64,000 nucleotides of DNA from an uncultured Acidimicrobiia bacterium (GCA_963791795.1 CAWBTP010000020.1:837-64836), one strand, 5' to 3'; positions 1 through 10,214 are shown, numbered from the stretch's first letter. The notes: a model not told the origin generated them from the sequence alone. Program-made: numbers and translations.

Positions 1-428
1 AAGTTCGTCAAGCGCGTCGTCTTGATGAGTGGATTCGTCTATCGGACTGCAAGCAAACGGCAGCCCGTCGCAGAGTGGAACGTGCGGCCTTCAGTCGCCG
101 ATGCTGGGTTGGTCTATGGTGCGGGTCTGCCGCTGACGATGGTGCCCCTCGATTCAACGACATGTCAAGCTCAGTGACGTTGAGCGGGAACGTCTACAGA
201 AGTATTCGTCTCCCCTGACGTTTCGTTGGAGGATTCTATACCCTTTGGCTCGAAGAAGCCACAGTCGCGCATGACACTGCATGACCAGCTCACGTCGCCA
301 GACCCAGCGCCTGAAAAGTTATTCGGGAAGATAGAAACACTGCCTATTTCGGTCGACGACAAGGGTTTTACGCGAATAGATTAGACCAGAGGGAACCGGT
401 GGCGGTCTGCCTCAGCCAAAGCGCGATG
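1..428 (+). pseudogene. nucleoside hydrolase (IU-NH family) remnant, 5' truncated by window edge and frameshifted near 175
   Basis: Frame 1 translates ...VYGAGLPLTMVPLDSTT (the IU-NH motif) then a stop. A second frame continues ...MTLHDQLTSPDPA, resembling downstream IU-NH sequence. Confidence 0.3.
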
Positions 429-692
429 CGTCATCCGGTACTACGTAGGAGACTCGTCGGACAGCGTCTGGGATGAAGGCGATTGCCCCGTTTGAGAACT
501 GCGTCCCCCCTTGAAGCTGTGAATAAATCGAATTGCCGGCTGGGGGCTTCTGATTCGACCGGTTTTTTTCAGAACCGGTCAGGTCAAGCCGGGTTTTGGG
601 AGCTTCAGGTCATGAGTTTCGGCTCCGTTTCCGACAGGAGCCCCGTTTTCGGCACCCAACCCGGAAAAAGATACACGTCTCCCCCGAGCCGC

Positions 693-2252
693 TTAGGTGG
701 CAACCGGAGCAACTTGCCGCTGGGGCCGCCACACGAGGCGAATCCATTGTTGAATGTTGTAAGTCAGACAAACCCACAGCGCTTCCAGCCCAACCTTGAC
801 CCGTCCGCGCAATCGGAACTGCCGCAGCCCCAGTTTGTCCTTGATCCAGGCGTTGGGGAACTCGGCCACGCTCGCCCGTTGTTTGTAAATCTGTTGCGCG
901 GCTTCGGTCGCCATCTTGGCTTTGAAGGTGGCCATCACCGGGCTGTCTTCAGTCCGCACCAGCGAGCGGCCCTTGCGGCTGCCGGGACAACACTGCCGAC
1001 GCAACGGGCAAGCCTGGCAATCGGCCGTAGCGGCTCGGTAGCGGTAGCGGGTGTTACCCCTTTGCTGCTCCCGGCCTTCGTAACGCAGCACCTTTCCCAC
1101 CGGACACGTGTAATGGTTCTGTTCCGCATTAAAGGCGAAGGCGCTGGGGAAAAACTCGGCCGCCACGCCGCGCTGGCGCAGCGTTGCTTCAGTCAGGGCC
1201 TTGCGATCCGTCAGCGATCCGATCAGATCGATCTCGCGTTGTTCCATCGCTTCCACCGTCGCTTGATGGGTGAAGCCGCCGTCGACCACCATCTGCTGCG
1301 GCGTCCGCTCCAGGTTGGCTTCGATCCGCTCTACCGCCGGTTCCAGCTCGGCCGTATCGGTGGCCGCCTGACTGACCCCCACGGCGACGATGACTCTTTG
1401 CCTGGCATCGGTCGAGATCTGCACGTTGTAAGCCGGCCCGATGGCTCCTTGCGCTTGCTTCATGATCCGCGCTTCGGGATCGGTCAGACTGGCTCGCGCT
1501 TGGGCCCGCTCTTCCGCCTTGTTCTTGCCGGCCCGGATCTGCTCGAGTTCAGCCAGCGACTGCTCGATCCGTTGCTGGCGCTCACGCGCCGCCCGCACCC
1601 GCGCCTGCCGCTGGCGCTGGCTCTGGGTCGTGCCGTCGGGGGCTTGTTCGGCTTGCTGCTCCAGCCGCTTCACCTGCTGCTGCGCGGCCTCCAGATGCTG
1701 CCGCAGGCTGGGCTCGCGCCGGAAGCTGTTGTCGGCCGCGTTGGCCTTGATCTTGGTGCCGTCATGCATCACCCGCTCCAGACTCACCACCCCGGCCTGG
1801 CTCAGCACCCCCAGCACTTCCACAAACAACTGTTCCAGCGCCTCTCGGTGGTCCGTGCGAAAATCCGACAGCGTGTGGTGGTTGATCACCGTCAACCCCG
1901 TCAGCCAGCCAAAGCCCGGATGCAGCTGTCGGCAGCATTGCTCGATCTCCCGGCCCGAACCGATCTTCTCACTGTAGGCATAGATCCACAGGCTGATGAG
2001 CAAGCGCGGATCGACCGGCTCACGTCCCGCTACCCCTTCTACCGCTTTGATCTCCGCATAAAACCGGCTCAGATCCCGCTGTCCCACCAACTCCCAGATG
2101 GCTCGTGCCGCATGATCGTCCGGAATCAGTTGCTCAACCGCTATCGGTCGCAGCACCATCTGCCGCCGGTCGATCCCCTGCACCCGCGGCTTGGGCACGG
2201 CCTGCTTACCGCTTTCCATGTGCCCCTCCCCGCTTGCCCAGGGACGACTCAC
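693..2252 (-). CDS. IS1182/IS5-superfamily DDE transposase
   Basis: 519-aa ORF with an N-terminal helix-turn-helix region, a DDE-type catalytic region and a C-terminal Cys-rich region (CPVGKVL...CQACPLRRQCC) typical of IS1182 transposases. Confidence 0.9.
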   Translation of the reverse strand: MSRPWASGEGHMESGKQAVPKPRVQGIDRRQMVLRPIAVEQLIPDDHAARAIWELVGQRDLSRFYAEIKAVEGVAGREPVDPRLLISLWIYAYSEKIGSGREIEQCCRQLHPGFGWLTGLTVINHHTLSDFRTDHREALEQLFVEVLGVLSQAGVVSLERVMHDGTKIKANAADNSFRREPSLRQHLEAAQQQVKRLEQQAEQAPDGTTQSQRQRQARVRAARERQQRIEQSLAELEQIRAGKNKAEERAQARASLTDPEARIMKQAQGAIGPAYNVQISTDARQRVIVAVGVSQAATDTAELEPAVERIEANLERTPQQMVVDGGFTHQATVEAMEQREIDLIGSLTDRKALTEATLRQRGVAAEFFPSAFAFNAEQNHYTCPVGKVLRYEGREQQRGNTRYRYRAATADCQACPLRRQCCPGSRKGRSLVRTEDSPVMATFKAKMATEAAQQIYKQRASVAEFPNAWIKDKLGLRQFRLRGRVKVGLEALWVCLTYNIQQWIRLVWRPQRQVAPVAT

Positions 2253-2418
2253 TGGCCAGCCGTCGCACCCTCAAGGTCCACTTGTCTTCGACAATCCACT
2301 CGATGGTTTCGCCCTTCTCCATCTCCAGGGCCTGCGCCAAGGGCGCCGGACAAATCAAATAGAACTGCCGCTGGATCCCCCCGCGCTCGATCACCTGCAC
2401 CTTGGACTGGTAGCCCAT
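2206..2418 (-). CDS. small AbrB/MazE (SpoVT-AbrB)-like ORF inside the IS, overlapping the transposase start
   Basis: 70 aa. The stretch KVQVIERGGIQRQFYLICPAPLAQALEMEKGETIEWIVEDKWTLRVRR resembles a swapped-hairpin DNA-binding fold. Weak call. Confidence 0.3.
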   Translation of the reverse strand: MGYQSKVQVIERGGIQRQFYLICPAPLAQALEMEKGETIEWIVEDKWTLRVRRLASESSLGKRGGAHGKR

Positions 2419-2593
2419 GGTTGCCTCCGTGAAATGATTTTGAATGGAGGCATTGTATCATAGCTATAACGCTAGTCACACTCTAATTTATTCACAGCTC
2501 CCTTGGACAAGGGGGGACTTCAGGGGGGTTTTAGGCGGTGACTTCGAGACCCCCTGCCGCAAAGACCGGCGTCCCCCTTGAAAAGGGGACAAT

Positions 2594-3623
2594 GTGGAAA
2601 CCCACGCCTCTGCGACGGCATCAACCTTCTTCCCCCCATTTGCTAAGGGGGATTTTGAGGAGACCCTCTTGACCAAACCGCTTGTTCTTCTAGATGTACC
2701 GCTATTGCCTTTCATGCAAGCCCAGGTTGAGCCGCTTTGTGAGTTGTGTCCCTGGGAGGTGCTGAAAAACGGACCTCAAAACGAACTCAACAAACTCCAG
2801 GGCATGTACACCTACGCCCACCCGATCGTGAATGACGACGTGCTCGACCGACTGCCATCGCTCAAAGTGATTAGCAACTTCGGCGTCGGTGTCGATCACA
2901 TCGACCTGAAGGCTGCGGCTGCGCGGGGGATCCCGATAGGCAACACGCCCGGCGCCGTCGACGGCGCGACCGCAGATCTCACCATGGCAATCTTACTGGG
3001 CGCAGCCAGAAACATCGTGGCCGGCGATAAGCACGCGCACAGTCCGCAGTTCACGAACTAGGATCCTGGAGAACTCCTGGGACTGGAAGTCTTCGGCAGC
3101 ACACTCGGAATTGTGGGCATGGGGAGGATTGGACAGCAGGTGGCCAAGCGCGCCAAAGCTTTTGACATGCGCGTGATTTACTACAACCGCCAGCGAAATC
3201 TCGAAGCGGAACGCGCACTCGGCGTTGATTATGCGACTCTGGAAGACTTGCTGGCCGAGTCTCACTTCGTAACGCTGAACGTTCCCCTGACACCGAGACC
3301 ACACGGTTCATCGGCGAAGCTCAGTTACGCCTGATGCGGCGGGACGCAATCCTCATAACGTCGCTCGCGGCCCCGTGGTCGATCAACAAGCGCTTGTCCG
3401 GGCTCTGAGTGAAGGCTGGATTGCGGGCGCTGCCCTCGACGTCACTGATCCGGAACCGCTGCCCCGGGATCATCCATTGCTCAGCTTTGACAACGTGGTC
3501 ATCACGCCACATCTCGGAAGCGCCACTCTGCGCACCCGTCAGCGCATGGGCGAAATGGCGGCAGCCAAACTGGCTGCTGGGTTGAAGGGCGAGCCGTTGC
3601 CGAACGAAGTGCGGGCTTCGTGA
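2594..3623 (+). pseudogene. D-isomer-specific 2-hydroxyacid dehydrogenase (glyoxylate/hydroxypyruvate reductase-like), split over three frames
   Basis: Three consecutive ORFs (2594-3061, 3113-3334, 3375-3623) carry the contiguous motifs: VISNFGVGVDHID, the NAD-binding GMGRIGQQVAKRA, and catalytic-region VITPHLGSAT. There are two frameshifts. An intact paralog lies at 22455-23423. Confidence 0.7.
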
Positions 3624-3654
3624 AGTAGCTACGGTTATTGCAGATATCCGTTTT

Positions 3655-3745
3655 TGTCATTCCCGCGAAAGCGGGAATCCAGGTTGCTGGGAGACCACTA
3701 GATTTCACTAGATTCCCGCCTTCGCGGGAATGACATCAAACTGAA
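3655..3745. repeat. REP-like inverted pair GTCATTCCCGCGAAAGCGGGAATCC / GATTCCCGCCTTCGCGGGAATGAC
   Basis: Two hairpin-forming copies in opposite orientation. The same motif recurs at ~33245-33275 and ~38525-38550. Confidence 0.6.
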
Positions 3746-5159
3746 GTCCGATCCGGAACACCGAATCCCGCTTCCCCGCGATTCCATCTTCATGGGTTCA
3801 GGGCCTGTTCCAGAGCGGGGGTCGGAGGTTTAATAAAGACGGAAACCGGTGGGCTTTAAGCGTGGGTGGTTTCAGACATCATTGATAGTGACATTGGCCG
3901 GCGGAAACTGGAGAACCTGGTCTCCAGGCCGGATCTGGTACACCAGGAGGGTTTGTTGGTTTCTCCGCGTAGTTAAGGCCGCTCCGGTAACCCCAACGAT
4001 GGTGCCTATTTCCTTGCCGTCGTGGCGTTGTACGCGATCTTGCCGATGTTAGCCTACATCTCAAGCTGGAGCGACTCATCGGCCGGCCGAGCACAAGTCT
4101 GGCAGAGACAAGCCACCAGAATCCAACCGCTCAACAGGATCGTTCGACTGTCCTCCGTTCGCACTCTACCTCACCCACCCGCTCGTGGACTCGATTCGGT
4201 CAGGCGTCCGGTCGCTGACATAGTTGAATATGCCAGTCTCCCTAAAACAACCTGAAGTTTTCACAGTCCACGCAGCGGGCCTGATCATCAACACCGCGTT
4301 CATCAGCTCGATGGCAAGCCACGACTCCAGCGTCACGCCCGCCCGAACGCCGACGCACGGATAATACCGACCTGACTGCAGTTCAAAGTCTATCTCCTCA
4401 AGACTCTCCGCACGGACTTCTCAGGCAGGGTGATGGTCGAGGTAGGCTAAACCCACGCGACAGACCGGGCATACCCGTCGTCACCCCACCAAGAAGCCCC
4501 CCTTGATGATTTGTCGATAGCCCGAACTCCTGATCGGATCGTTTTCTCGCTCCCTGCGCTCAACGATTCGCCTGTCCTGAACCGATCTCGCACGATTGCA
4601 CCGCGTGCAGCCCGCCCGAAGCTCCCATCAACCGCAGCTTCAGACTTTCGTAGAGCGGTTCACCCGCCAGCGCCTGGAACGTTCACCGCCATCACCTCAA
4701 TGGCCGCTCCAAGCGAATCCCCCTGCTTGCGGGATTCCTGATGAGTTCACCGGCTCTTGGTTGCGAATTTCGCATCCCACGAGTAGATCTCCGCACTCTC
4801 CATCTTGGCCTCGATTTCCTGAAGCTCTGCGAGCCGAACTTATTGGTTTCGCGCAGTACGCAGGACCTGTTCGAAGTGGCTCGCAAGCGTCTTGGCAGCC
4901 TTGTGCGGGCCGACTTGGATGATCGAGGAAGAACCACGTACGGAAGTGTTCATCAGAAAGAAGCGGGCGATGGATCCAGCGATCACATCGAAGATCGGGA
5001 CCAATAACTTGAACGTCCACCGCCCCGCGGTTCGGTAAAGCCCTGACTGATGAAACTTGACCAGATCGTGTGGCCCGGCCTCACCTCACCGGTTCGACCG
5101 GCAAACTGCTCGTAATCCTTCGCTTTCTTGGCTGCCGACAAGACCGAGCCGCAATGGGC

Positions 5160-5480
5160 TCACCTGTCGTCAGGGCCTCCTCGTAGCTTGACGTCACCGT
5201 TTCCAGTTCGCTCGCTCGAATGGCTACGTGCGGATCCGAACAAGACGCGAGTGTCCAGAATAAAGTCCTGACAGTAGGACAACCTGATCGTCTCGTGCCG
5301 TGGCGTTCCATGCCGGTTGCTGCCAGGTCGACGGCGATCCAGATAGCTTTGAAGCTCCTGGCGCGCAATTCGAAGCCCCGGCGGGCACCCGAAAACAATC
5401 GTTGTGACGGCGGGACCGTGCGACTCTCCCGCGCCCGCAACTCCAAAAATTGGACCTCCCAAGATTTCCATACTTGCTTT
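5160..5480 (-). pseudogene. aroC: chorismate synthase N-terminal fragment (degraded)
   Basis: The minus-strand frame gives [52 protein letters not shown] (AroC N-terminal signature). An adjacent frame gives [12 protein letters not shown] (AroC ILSGVFEG). No intact remainder is present. Confidence 0.4.
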
Positions 5481-5945
5481 CCCGGACCACCACAGTTAGT
5501 TTCTACCTTATACCACACTTGGATCGCGCCGAGGTTCAGGGGCAGGCGCCGGGACGGAGTCGATGCGGGTGTTGTATTGGACGGAGCCCGCATCGTTCTC
5601 GCCTTCTGTTCGCTGCCGAAATTGACATTGCGGCTCCGCCTGCGTAGCATTCGAGCGTATCCTGCTCTTTCCACATTGCCGCAAAGAACTCAGCCCTCAA
5701 GCCGTGCCACAGAGCACGGCGACCGCTCTTCTCAGTTAAGGTCGCCGATTGGCAAGTGCGCACCTCCTCCAGCAACTTGGTGTCGTTCACTTCGGCAGTT
5801 GCGGTCAGAGCATCACGCTCCAGACTCAGCATGGATAACAGGTTCGGTCCAAATTGCCCGAAAACCAGAGATTTATCAGGTTATCAGGGCAAGTCAATCT
5901 GTTAATCAATGGTTCGGCTGCAGCACTGACGAGGAGGAAGTCACG

Positions 5946-6748
5946 TTGAATAATTCTTGCGCAGGGATCGGTGTTCGCACATCGCCCGAGCGGTTGTTAG
6001 CAAAGCCCGTTACGGTTGTGGGGGCGGCGGCGATTTTCTTCCTACTGACCATCTTGAGTCACAACAGCGCTGCGACCGCCGCGGAACTAAGGTCTTTACC
6101 TCTAGAGCGATCGCGACCGTGTTGGATAAGATCGGGCCTGAATTCGAGCGCACAAGCGGCCACAAGCTCAACGTGATCTCCGGCTTCAGCCCCAACTTCG
6201 TAAAGCAAATCAATGCCGGCGAGGTGTTCGACGTTGTCGTCGGTCCGCCGCGTACCATCGACGGGTTGATCGAAGATGGCAAGGTCACTGCCGACGCGGA
6301 CCAATCTCGTGCGCTCCGGACTTGGCGTGGCGATTCGCACCGGCGCACCCAAACCTGACATCACTTCGGTCGAAGCATTCAAGCGTGCGCTACTCAATGC
6401 CAAATCGATCGGATATCTCCGACCGGTGGGCAAACAACTGTTGATCGGCTTGGAATTGCGGATGCCATCAAGTCAAAAGTGACGATACCGGCTTCCGATA
6501 TCGTTTCCGAACTTGTTGCTAGGGGCGAACTCGAGCTTGGAGTGGTGGTCATCACGCAGATTTTAACCACACCTGGCGTCGAACTGGTCGGGCCACTTCC
6601 GGCGGAGATTCAGTCCTACGCCGTGTTCACTGCTGGCGTCAGCGGAAACTCAAATAGACCCGGGGCGGCGGGAGATCTGATCAAATTCCTTACCGGTCCA
6701 ACTGCCATCCCGGTCATCAAATCGCAGGGAATGAAACCGGCTGAATGA
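5946..6748 (+). pseudogene. periplasmic substrate-binding protein (ModA/PBP2-like), at least two frameshifts; first integron-like cassette
   Basis: A signal-peptide-like N-terminus (AAAIFFLLTILSHNSAATAAE) is followed, across three frames, by KVFTSRAIATVLDKIGPEFERTSGHKLNVISGFSPNFVKQINAGEVFDVVVG, then LVRSGLGVAIRTGAPKPDITSVEAF, then VVVITQILTTPGVELVGPLPAE. A TTG start follows a GAGGAGGAAG SD. Confidence 0.55.
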
Positions 6749-6814
6749 AGCTCGTGCTTCATGCGACCCACCGGACGCGCACTTTGCTGCGACTAACGTG
6801 AGCGAGCACATCAG

Positions 6815-6877
6815 GCCGAACGACGCATTCGACCGGACTCGCCGCAAGCGGCTCGCCGGTCAATTCGAACGTTCGGC
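6815..6877 (+). other. attC-like site (short class): GCCGAAC ... GTTCGGC
   Basis: 63-bp imperfect palindrome starting with RYYYAAC-like GCCGAAC and ending with GTTCGGC. An SD and the ATG of the next ORF follow 20 bp later. Confidence 0.55.
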
Positions 6878-6896
6878 GAGAGAAGGAAGAGTAAGA

Positions 6897-7290
6897 ATGA
6901 CCAGTGTTTCCCCAGGGACAGAGCGGATACGTCCATTCATGCCTGCAAAGGATTTCGAACTTTCGAAGCGTTTCGACGAAGCGCTCGGCTTCGAGAAGGT
7001 TTCGACAGCGAGGTCGCGATATTCAATGCCGGCTCGGGTGGGTTCATCTTGCAGCGCTACTTCCAGGAAGATTGGGCCAAGAACTTCATGATGAGCTGAC
7101 GGTTGACGATCTCGACATGTGGTGGGCGCATATCGAATCGCTCGATCTCACAAAGCGCTTCGGTGTGCCCCCGCCGAAACCTCCGGCTTTGCAGCCCGGG
7201 GCCTTCGTGTCGCATATGTGGGAATCCCTCCGGAGTCCTTTGCATATCGCACAGCGACGGAAAGAGGCGAGACAAGATCAATGAATGAGA
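6897..7290 (+). pseudogene. VOC (glyoxalase/bleomycin-resistance) family protein, frameshifted; cassette
   Basis: MTSVSPGTERIRPFMPAKDFELSKRFDEALGFEKV is in one frame. ...AIFNAGSGGFILQRYFQEDWAKNF and ...VDDLDMWWAHIESLDLTKRFGVPPPKPP are in other frames. Confidence 0.5.
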
Positions 7291-7303
7291 ATGACAGAGA
7301 TGC

Positions 7304-7364
7304 GCCGAACAAATCGCTGCAGCCGACGTGCGAGGACGCACGCGGCGCCGCAGAGGCGTTAGGC
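7304..7364 (+). other. attC-like site (short class): GCCGAAC ... GTTAGGC
   Basis: 61-bp hairpin (CGTGCG/CGCACG stem) bounded by GCCGAAC and GTTAGGC. The next ATG is 32 bp downstream. Confidence 0.6.
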
Positions 7365-7395
7365 CGCCATTGGTGAATAGGAAAGGTATCGCGTG

Positions 7396-7977
7396 ATGCG
7401 CAAACTGATCGTCTGCAACATTGTGTCGCTCGACGGCTTTTACTCCGGCCCGGGCGGGGACGTCATGGCCATGCCGTTCGACGACGGCTTCTCTGACTAC
7501 AACGCGGAACGGCTGCGGGCGGCCGACACCCTGCTGCTTGGGCGTACGTCGTACGAGGGCTTCCGGTCCTATTGGCCCGCGATCGCCGACGACGTGAACC
7601 AGCCGGCTGTGGAGCGCGAGATTTCGCGTCTCAACGCCGCCATCGAGAAGGTCGTGGTTTCGAACAGCCTGAAACCCAACGAGGTCGAGGGGTGGGGCCC
7701 GACCCGCGTCGTGCGGCGCGCGGATGCGCACGTAGAGGTCGCGGCACTCAAAGAGAGGCCGGGGCGGGAGATCCTGATGTTCGGCAGTCATCTCCTCTGG
7801 AACGACCTGCTTGCCAACGGCTTGGTGGACGAGCTGCACTTCATGATCGGTGCCGGCGTGGTCGGCGAGGGCGTGCGGGCGTTCGAGACCCGGCCGCCCG
7901 GCTCGCTCCGCCTGCTGGACACCCGGAAATTCGACGGCTCGAGCCTGCTCCTAGCCCGGTATCGCGTCGAGCGCTGA
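7396..7977 (+). CDS. dihydrofolate reductase family protein (RibD C-terminal domain type); cassette
   Basis: MRKLIVCNIVSLDGFYSGPGGD... is typical of the RibD_C/DHFR-like family. This call is from family resemblance, not FolA. Confidence 0.8.
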   Translation: MRKLIVCNIVSLDGFYSGPGGDVMAMPFDDGFSDYNAERLRAADTLLLGRTSYEGFRSYWPAIADDVNQPAVEREISRLNAAIEKVVVSNSLKPNEVEGWGPTRVVRRADAHVEVAALKERPGREILMFGSHLLWNDLLANGLVDELHFMIGAGVVGEGVRAFETRPPGSLRLLDTRKFDGSSLLLARYRVER

Positions 7978-7995
7978 CCGAGACGCCGCGCCCGA

Positions 7996-8092
7996 GGCCG
8001 AACCAGACGCTGCACCTGACCGTCGGGGCATGACGGCTTTCCCAGGTTCATAGCTCCCCGTGCCCCGCCGGCAGGTGAGCTTGGTCGTTAGG
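7996..8092 (+). other. attC-like site: GCCGAAC ... GTTAGGC (97 bp)
   Basis: The inner stem CACCTGACCGTCGGGGC pairs with GCCCCGCCGGCAGGTG, and the outer core sites pair. The next ATG is 21 bp downstream with a GAGGAAG SD. Confidence 0.6.
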
Positions 8093-8112
8093 CTTCGACG
8101 ATTGAGGAAGAG

Positions 8113-8887
8113 AATGCACAAGAATTCGCGTAGACAGCCACCGAAGAGAATGCTCTTCAAGCCAGCCCAGGCGGACCCTGGCACTTATCTCGACGCACGT
8201 AGAGACCTTGTAGACCTTCTCTCTTATGCGGACGCCTATCACCACGCGGGGCGAAAACTGGCGGCTGCTCCACGACAAGGGGGTCTATTGCGGGATCTTG
8301 AAGCGCTCCCCATCCTTTTCCTGTATCGCCATGCTCTCGAACTCTACCTCAAATCTCTCGTCGTCTTTGGAACATGGCTTCACGAGGCCAAGGGGCTGCA
8401 TTCCCGACCCTTCGATACCCTCCTGAAGAGTCACCGGTTGGCCGCCTGTCTCCCCGAGCTGAAAAGACTATCCGAGGATGCAGGCTGGGGATGGGCCACA
8501 AGTGACGAAAGCCTAAGATCCTTCACAGATCTCGAGCGGTGCGTGAACGACTTAGACAAGGTCGATCAGCTGTCGTATGCATTTCGATATCCCGTGGACA
8601 AGCACGGGAGCCCTTCTTTGCAGAACAATTTGCCCTTTTCCTTGCCTCATTTCTGCGCAGAAATGGATCACGTCTTATCCGCACTACACGAGATCGCCCT
8701 TGGTCTCGATCTGGCAGCGCATTATGAAGGTGAAGCGCGGTTCTTCGAGTTGCGAAACAGAGGTGACCACGAAGCTAACCCGCAGCGTAACCCGACTGCC
8801 CAAAAAACGGGCGGCGGGTTCGCTGAAGTAGTTAGGCCCTCTACAAGTCCATGCTTACTCTTCCGGAAAAAGACATCGATGCCATAG
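8113..8887 (+). CDS. hypothetical protein with a HEPN-like Rx4-6H motif; cassette
   Basis: 258 aa. It contains ...SYAFRYPVDKHGSP (R-x5-H) and no other recognisable domain. Confidence 0.5.
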
Positions 8888-9249
8888 AGCAGATCCATCA
8901 TCGATGGATCGAAGCAGAACTGAGTGGCAACGCTCTGCAGGTGCTTCGTTTCTGCACCGATGACGTTCGGTGGATGGTTCCCGGCGCAGAGGTGCTGGTT
9001 GGCAAGGAAGCAGCTAGCCTGCTGGTCCACACCGGAACGGAAATTATAGATATACAAACGGCAGATCTAGAGGTATGTGGAAGTGGCGACGTCGCCTACA
9101 AGACAAGTAAGTACACGACCCGATTTGTGGCTGAGGGTACAGACAGCGAGCAGGTTGCGCGGGGCTCGCACTTATGGATCCTGCATAAGCAGGACGATGA
9201 GGAATGGGAAGTGGCATTAGTGACTTGGCAGCCATCATCAGGGATTTGA
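8851..9249 (+). CDS. DUF4440/SnoaL-like (NTF2 superfamily) protein
   Basis: 132 aa with ...IEQIHHRWIEAELSGNALQVLRFCTDDVRWMVPGAE... typical of DUF4440. Confidence 0.75.
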   Translation: MLTLPEKDIDAIEQIHHRWIEAELSGNALQVLRFCTDDVRWMVPGAEVLVGKEAASLLVHTGTEIIDIQTADLEVCGSGDVAYKTSKYTTRFVAEGTDSEQVARGSHLWILHKQDDEEWEVALVTWQPSSGI

Positions 9250-9360
9250 GAGCAATATGCAGTGGCTCAGCAAATCTACAGATGGGAATGAGGCGCTACG
9301 TCAGGTTCCGTATTCAGCAAGGGGCAGCCCAGTCACGAAGTTCGACAAGTCAATCCAGCA

Positions 9361-9499
9361 GGCCTAACCGCAGCGTGCACCCGACCGCACGCAACTGAAG
9401 ATCGGCGATCGCATCCGACTGCTGCGTATTCCGCAAGGCGATCTTGAGCAGCGCGCGCGAACGCGAGTTGCGCGCGGGTGCCGAAGACGCGGGTTGGAC
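9361..9499 (+). other. possible degenerate attC-like site: GCCTAAC ... GTTGGAC
   Basis: A canonical inverse core GCCTAAC is followed by hairpins (CGCAGC/GCTGCG) and a GTTRRRY-like GTTGGAC. There is a 220-bp ORF-poor gap afterwards. Confidence 0.25.
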
Positions 9500-9722
9500 G
9501 GCCGGCGGCATCGCGACGAACACACCGCCGTATGCCGCATAAACGCGGCTGAAATGCGCGATCTGAAACGTTGCAACGATGCAGGAAATAATCGCCATCG
9601 CATGACGAATACAATCCAATGAGAAATCTTCCACCGAGCAGGGCAATAAATTGGCGCAAGAAATCATCCGGCTTACTAACACGGCTCGGCCCCTGGCGAA
9701 ATAGGTGATCTAATCCACCATC

Positions 9723-10214
9723 ATGCCGAACAGCACCGCCACGACGAATGATCCGCCATCCGCCACGCCGGCGATGGATGCATTTGACGCGCGGAATCTG
9801 ACCCGGCCGGCGCCGATATTGCTTTCGTACTATGTGATCATCTCCCTGCTGTCCACCGTCGGGTTTGTTTTCATGATGCCGCCGCTTTTCTTTCGATATC
9901 ACACGCTTCACTTCAAGTTTGACGATGATGGGATTTCGCTTTCATGGGGAATTCTGTTTCGCAGGGAAATTCAGCTCACCTATCGGCGAATTCAGGACAT
10001 CCACATGACGCGAAACATTCTCCAGCGATGGATGGGCCTGGCGAATGTGGCGATTCAGACGGCCTCGGGAAGTGCCGAGGCGGAGATGATCATCGAAGGC
10101 GTTTTAGAAGCCGATGCACTGCGCGACTTCCTCTATAAGAAGATGCGCGGCGCGCGGGGGGATGATGGACAGACGGCGGGATGTTCCCAGCGATGCCGTT
10201 GGTGCTCCGGATGA
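9723..10214 (+). CDS. bacterial PH-domain (bPH_2, YdbS-like) membrane protein
   Basis: Two TM helices, then FRREIQLTYRRIQDIHMTRNILQRWMGLANVAIQTASGS... Confidence 0.7.
   Translation: MPNSTATTNDPPSATPAMDAFDARNLTRPAPILLSYYVIISLLSTVGFVFMMPPLFFRYHTLHFKFDDDGISLSWGILFRREIQLTYRRIQDIHMTRNILQRWMGLANVAIQTASGSAEAEMIIEGVLEADALRDFLYKKMRGARGDDGQTAGCSQRCRWCSG

Larger units (their letters stand above)
506..2521 (-). mobile_element. IS1182-family insertion sequence with imperfect terminal inverted repeats
   Basis: Left end CCCCCCTTGAAGCTGTGAATAAAT at ~506-530 matches the reverse complement of the right end at ~2485-2521 (ATTTATTCACAGCT...CAAGGGGGG). The 519-aa DDE transposase lies inside. Confidence 0.75.

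Noticed and set aside
1441-1977. 178-aa plus-strand ORF inside the transposase gene
   Set aside because: It is antisense to a well-supported transposase and Cys/Ser/Arg-rich, so it is spurious.
3760-5900. Search for a degraded integron integrase upstream of the first cassette
   Set aside because: Translating the minus strand gave only a chorismate synthase N-terminal fragment and non-protein-like arginine-rich ORFs. No RHRY tyrosine-recombinase boxes were found.
5220-6176. 318-aa plus-strand ORF spanning the decayed region into the substrate-binding pseudogene
   Set aside because: Only its last ~80 codons coincide with the real substrate-binding-protein frame. The rest is Arg/Ser-rich read-through of non-coding DNA.
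7057-7839. 260-aa minus-strand ORF overlapping the DHFR-family gene
   Set aside because: It is antisense to two well-supported genes (VOC remnant and DHFR-family), has Arg/Pro/Gly-rich composition typical of spurious high-GC antisense ORFs, and has no motifs.
9333-9911. 192-aa minus-strand ORF across the 9.3-9.9 kb spacer and PH-domain gene
   Set aside because: It is antisense to the PH-domain gene, Arg/Gly-rich and has no motifs. The small 110-aa minus ORF at 9350-9682 could be real but has no support.
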